A stretch of 32,573 nt of DNA from Planctomycetota bacterium (GTDB lineage: Bacteria > Planctomycetota > UBA11346): contig JBBQSO010000062.1 in assembly GCA_038213805.1 (NCBI GenBank), positions 1 through 32,573 on the forward strand, given 5' to 3'. Of the stretch, positions 28,330-32,573 are shown one piece after another; position 1 is the stretch's first letter, and each line of letters opens with the position of its first letter. Both the position numbers and the translations under genes were made by a program. The notes under the pieces were generated by a model that saw only the letters and a program-made list of their open reading frames with translations, was not told where the DNA came from and did not search any database.

Positions 28330-28722
28330 ATGTCCCTGTTGCTGAAAGTCGCGCAGAGCCACCTGCGCAAGGAACCCCTGGGTGATTTCGAGGTCGGGGA
28401 CACGGTCAACGTCCACACCCGCATCAAGGAAGGCGACAAGGAGCGCGTCCAGGTGTTCAATGGCACCGTCATCTCCAAGGCCGGTGGCCATGGCGAGATC
28501 AACGACGCCTTCACCGTCCGCCGCGTGGTCTCGGGCGAGGGCGTCGAACGCATCTTCCCGTCGCACAGCCCGCGCGTGGTCAAGGTCGAGGTGACCCGCA
28601 AGGGCCGCGTCCGCCGCGCCAAGCTCTTCTACCTGCGCAAGCGCGTCGGCAAGGCCACCAAGGTCAAGGAAGCCCTGGCCAGCCAGGATCCCACCTCGGG
28701 CAGTGGCGCCGCCGCGACCTGA
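28330..28722 (+). CDS. rplS: 50S ribosomal protein L19
   Basis: F.VGDTV.VH.RIKEGDKER.Q.F.G.VI, FTVR.V..GEGVERIFP.HSP, G.VRRAKL.YLR. GGAG RBS before ATG 28330. Confidence 0.98.
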   Translation: MSLLLKVAQSHLRKEPLGDFEVGDTVNVHTRIKEGDKERVQVFNGTVISKAGGHGEINDAFTVRRVVSGEGVERIFPSHSPRVVKVEVTRKGRVRRAKLFYLRKRVGKATKVKEALASQDPTSGSGAAAT

Positions 28723-28757
28723 TCGTTCCAGACCGGCCAGCCCGGCGGTTTCCCATC

Positions 28758-28795
28758 CACGAACCAGGCGACCATGTCGCCTGGTTCGTGCTTTC
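28758..28795 (+). terminator. Probable intrinsic terminator after rplS
   Basis: Perfect 15-bp stem CACGAACCAGGCGAC-cat-GTCGCCTGGTTCGTG followed by a weak CTTTC tail. Confidence 0.6.
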
Positions 28796-28839
28796 ATGAC
28801 CAGGATTCCGTCGCCGCACCACCGCGGCATGACGGTGTC

Positions 28840-29211
28840 ATGAGCGGGGGAGGCATCTCGGCGCGGCGTCAGGGCAGCGCGGCGGAATTCCGCGCGCTCC
28901 GCCACCTGCGCTGGCGCGCCTGGCGCATCTGCGCGCTCAACTGGGTGGGTGGTGGCGGCGAGCTCGACATCGTTGCCAGCCGCTGGCGCACCCTGCTGAT
29001 CGTCGAAGTGCGCAGCCGGCCGACGCTGGCCGAAGCCTTCGCCTCGATCGATCGCGACAAGCTTGACCGTACGCTGCGCGCCGCCGCGGCGCTGGTACGC
29101 AGCCACGGTTTGCAGGCCTACCGGATGCGTCTCGATGCGATCGCTTATGATGCGACGGGGCGGATGGAGCGGCGTTGCGACCTCATGAGGGTCGGGCAGC
29201 CGGGGTGGTAG
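28840..29211 (+). CDS. YraN family (UPF0102) protein
   Basis: G..AE..A..L, NW..GGELDIVA, LLIVEVRSR, R.D.IA. The rplS-yraN neighbourhood is commonly conserved. Confidence 0.88.
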   Translation: MSGGGISARRQGSAAEFRALRHLRWRAWRICALNWVGGGGELDIVASRWRTLLIVEVRSRPTLAEAFASIDRDKLDRTLRAAAALVRSHGLQAYRMRLDAIAYDATGRMERRCDLMRVGQPGW

Positions 29212-29328
29212 CCAGCAGCGGATGTCCATGGCCTTGACGACGGTGGCGTCAGCGGCATGGCATCTGTGGTGAAATAGTCGGCAGACCGGATCGCTTGCCA
29301 GAGTCTCGCGTTTCGCGCGTAGCGCGCC

Positions 29329-32004
<2,676 letters not shown>

Positions 32005-32048
32005 CTGGTGAGCCTACATCGGTTTGATGGGTGAATCAAACCTGGGGA

Positions 32049-32081
32049 GGCTGATGGCTGATGGCTGATGGCTGATGGCTG
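32049..32081. repeat. Heptamer tandem repeat (GGCTGAT)x4 plus a partial unit
   Basis: Directly visible. Confidence 0.95.
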
Positions 32082-32124
32082 TGGACCTGTGTCCGAGGTG
32101 CACAGGTAATGGCTGGGGCATCAC

Positions 32125-32573
32125 TAGTACATCGTTCGTAAAATTCGAAGAATGTTTTCTCTGTTAATCCGTTTGCGATGCTCTACGCATAGAGAATGCG
32201 CGCCAACGCCCGAAAAGTCCGCCTCTCCCTCACTGAGCATTCGGCTCTCTGCGAGATTGTCGGTCGCCCTCAATCTCCTGCGGGTCTCGCCCAACGAGCG
32301 CGCATAGTCCTGCTCGCCTCGGAAGGCGTCAACCAGCGCGAAATTGGTCGTCGCTTGGGCTGCCACTTCGGGAATGTTAACAAATGGCTTACTCGATGGG
32401 ACGCTGGCCGTATCGCCGCTTTGGAAGACGGTGCGCGCTCCGGCCGTCCGCCCGCATGGACAATTGCTGATATCCAGCGTGTGGTCTCAACGGTCTGCAC
32501 GGAACCTCCGTCCCACCTATCGCGATGGAGCGTCCGCACACTGGCCGACCACCTGGATATGCCACCGACTACC
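32125..32573 (+). mobile_element. IS630-family element, left end (continues beyond the window)
   Basis: CTAG/TA junction at 32124-32127 followed by an abrupt drop in GC content and a transposase ORF. Confidence 0.75.
32196..32573 (+). CDS. IS630-family transposase, N-terminal HTH part (3' truncated by the window; not in the ORF track)
   Basis: Manual translation: MRANARKVRLS...RARIVLLASEG...IGRRLG...VNKWLTRW...LEDGARSGRP...WSVRTLADHL. Confidence 0.9.
   Translation, partial: MRANARKVRLSLTEHSALCEIVGRPQSPAGLAQRARIVLLASEGVNQREIGRRLGCHFGNVNKWLTRWDAGRIAALEDGARSGRPPAWTIADIQRVVSTVCTEPPSHLSRWSVRTLADHLDMPPTT

Overview
GC-rich bacterial window, probably Planctomycetota/PVC-like (inferred from the DWG-type Hanks kinase with an FGE domain, the DUF4838 proteins and the PATR adhesin). 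From left to right it holds: (1) an Rhs polymorphic-toxin array (1-5886) with an HExxH metallopeptidase-type tip and a PD-(D/E)xK-like nuclease tip, each followed by a cognate and an extra immunity-like gene; (2) an rve-family IS with inverted ends (~5941-7414); (3) secreted or glycan-related proteins, a class I GATase, a transglutaminase-like protein and two tandem DUF4838 proteins; (4) a co-oriented run of giant membrane Ser/Thr kinase (Thr-rich N-terminal repeats, helical stalk, FGE domain), outer-membrane beta-barrel, secreted FecR-domain protein, PATR/Calx-beta adhesin with a Cys-containing C-terminal anchor, and lgt; (5) rplS and a YraN-family gene; (6) a Ser/Thr kinase-FapA(DUF342) fusion; (7) the start of an IS630 element. 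Block 4 is the best candidate for an undescribed system, a kinase-output trans-envelope signalling module. All domain calls come from motif recognition by eye; no searches were run.
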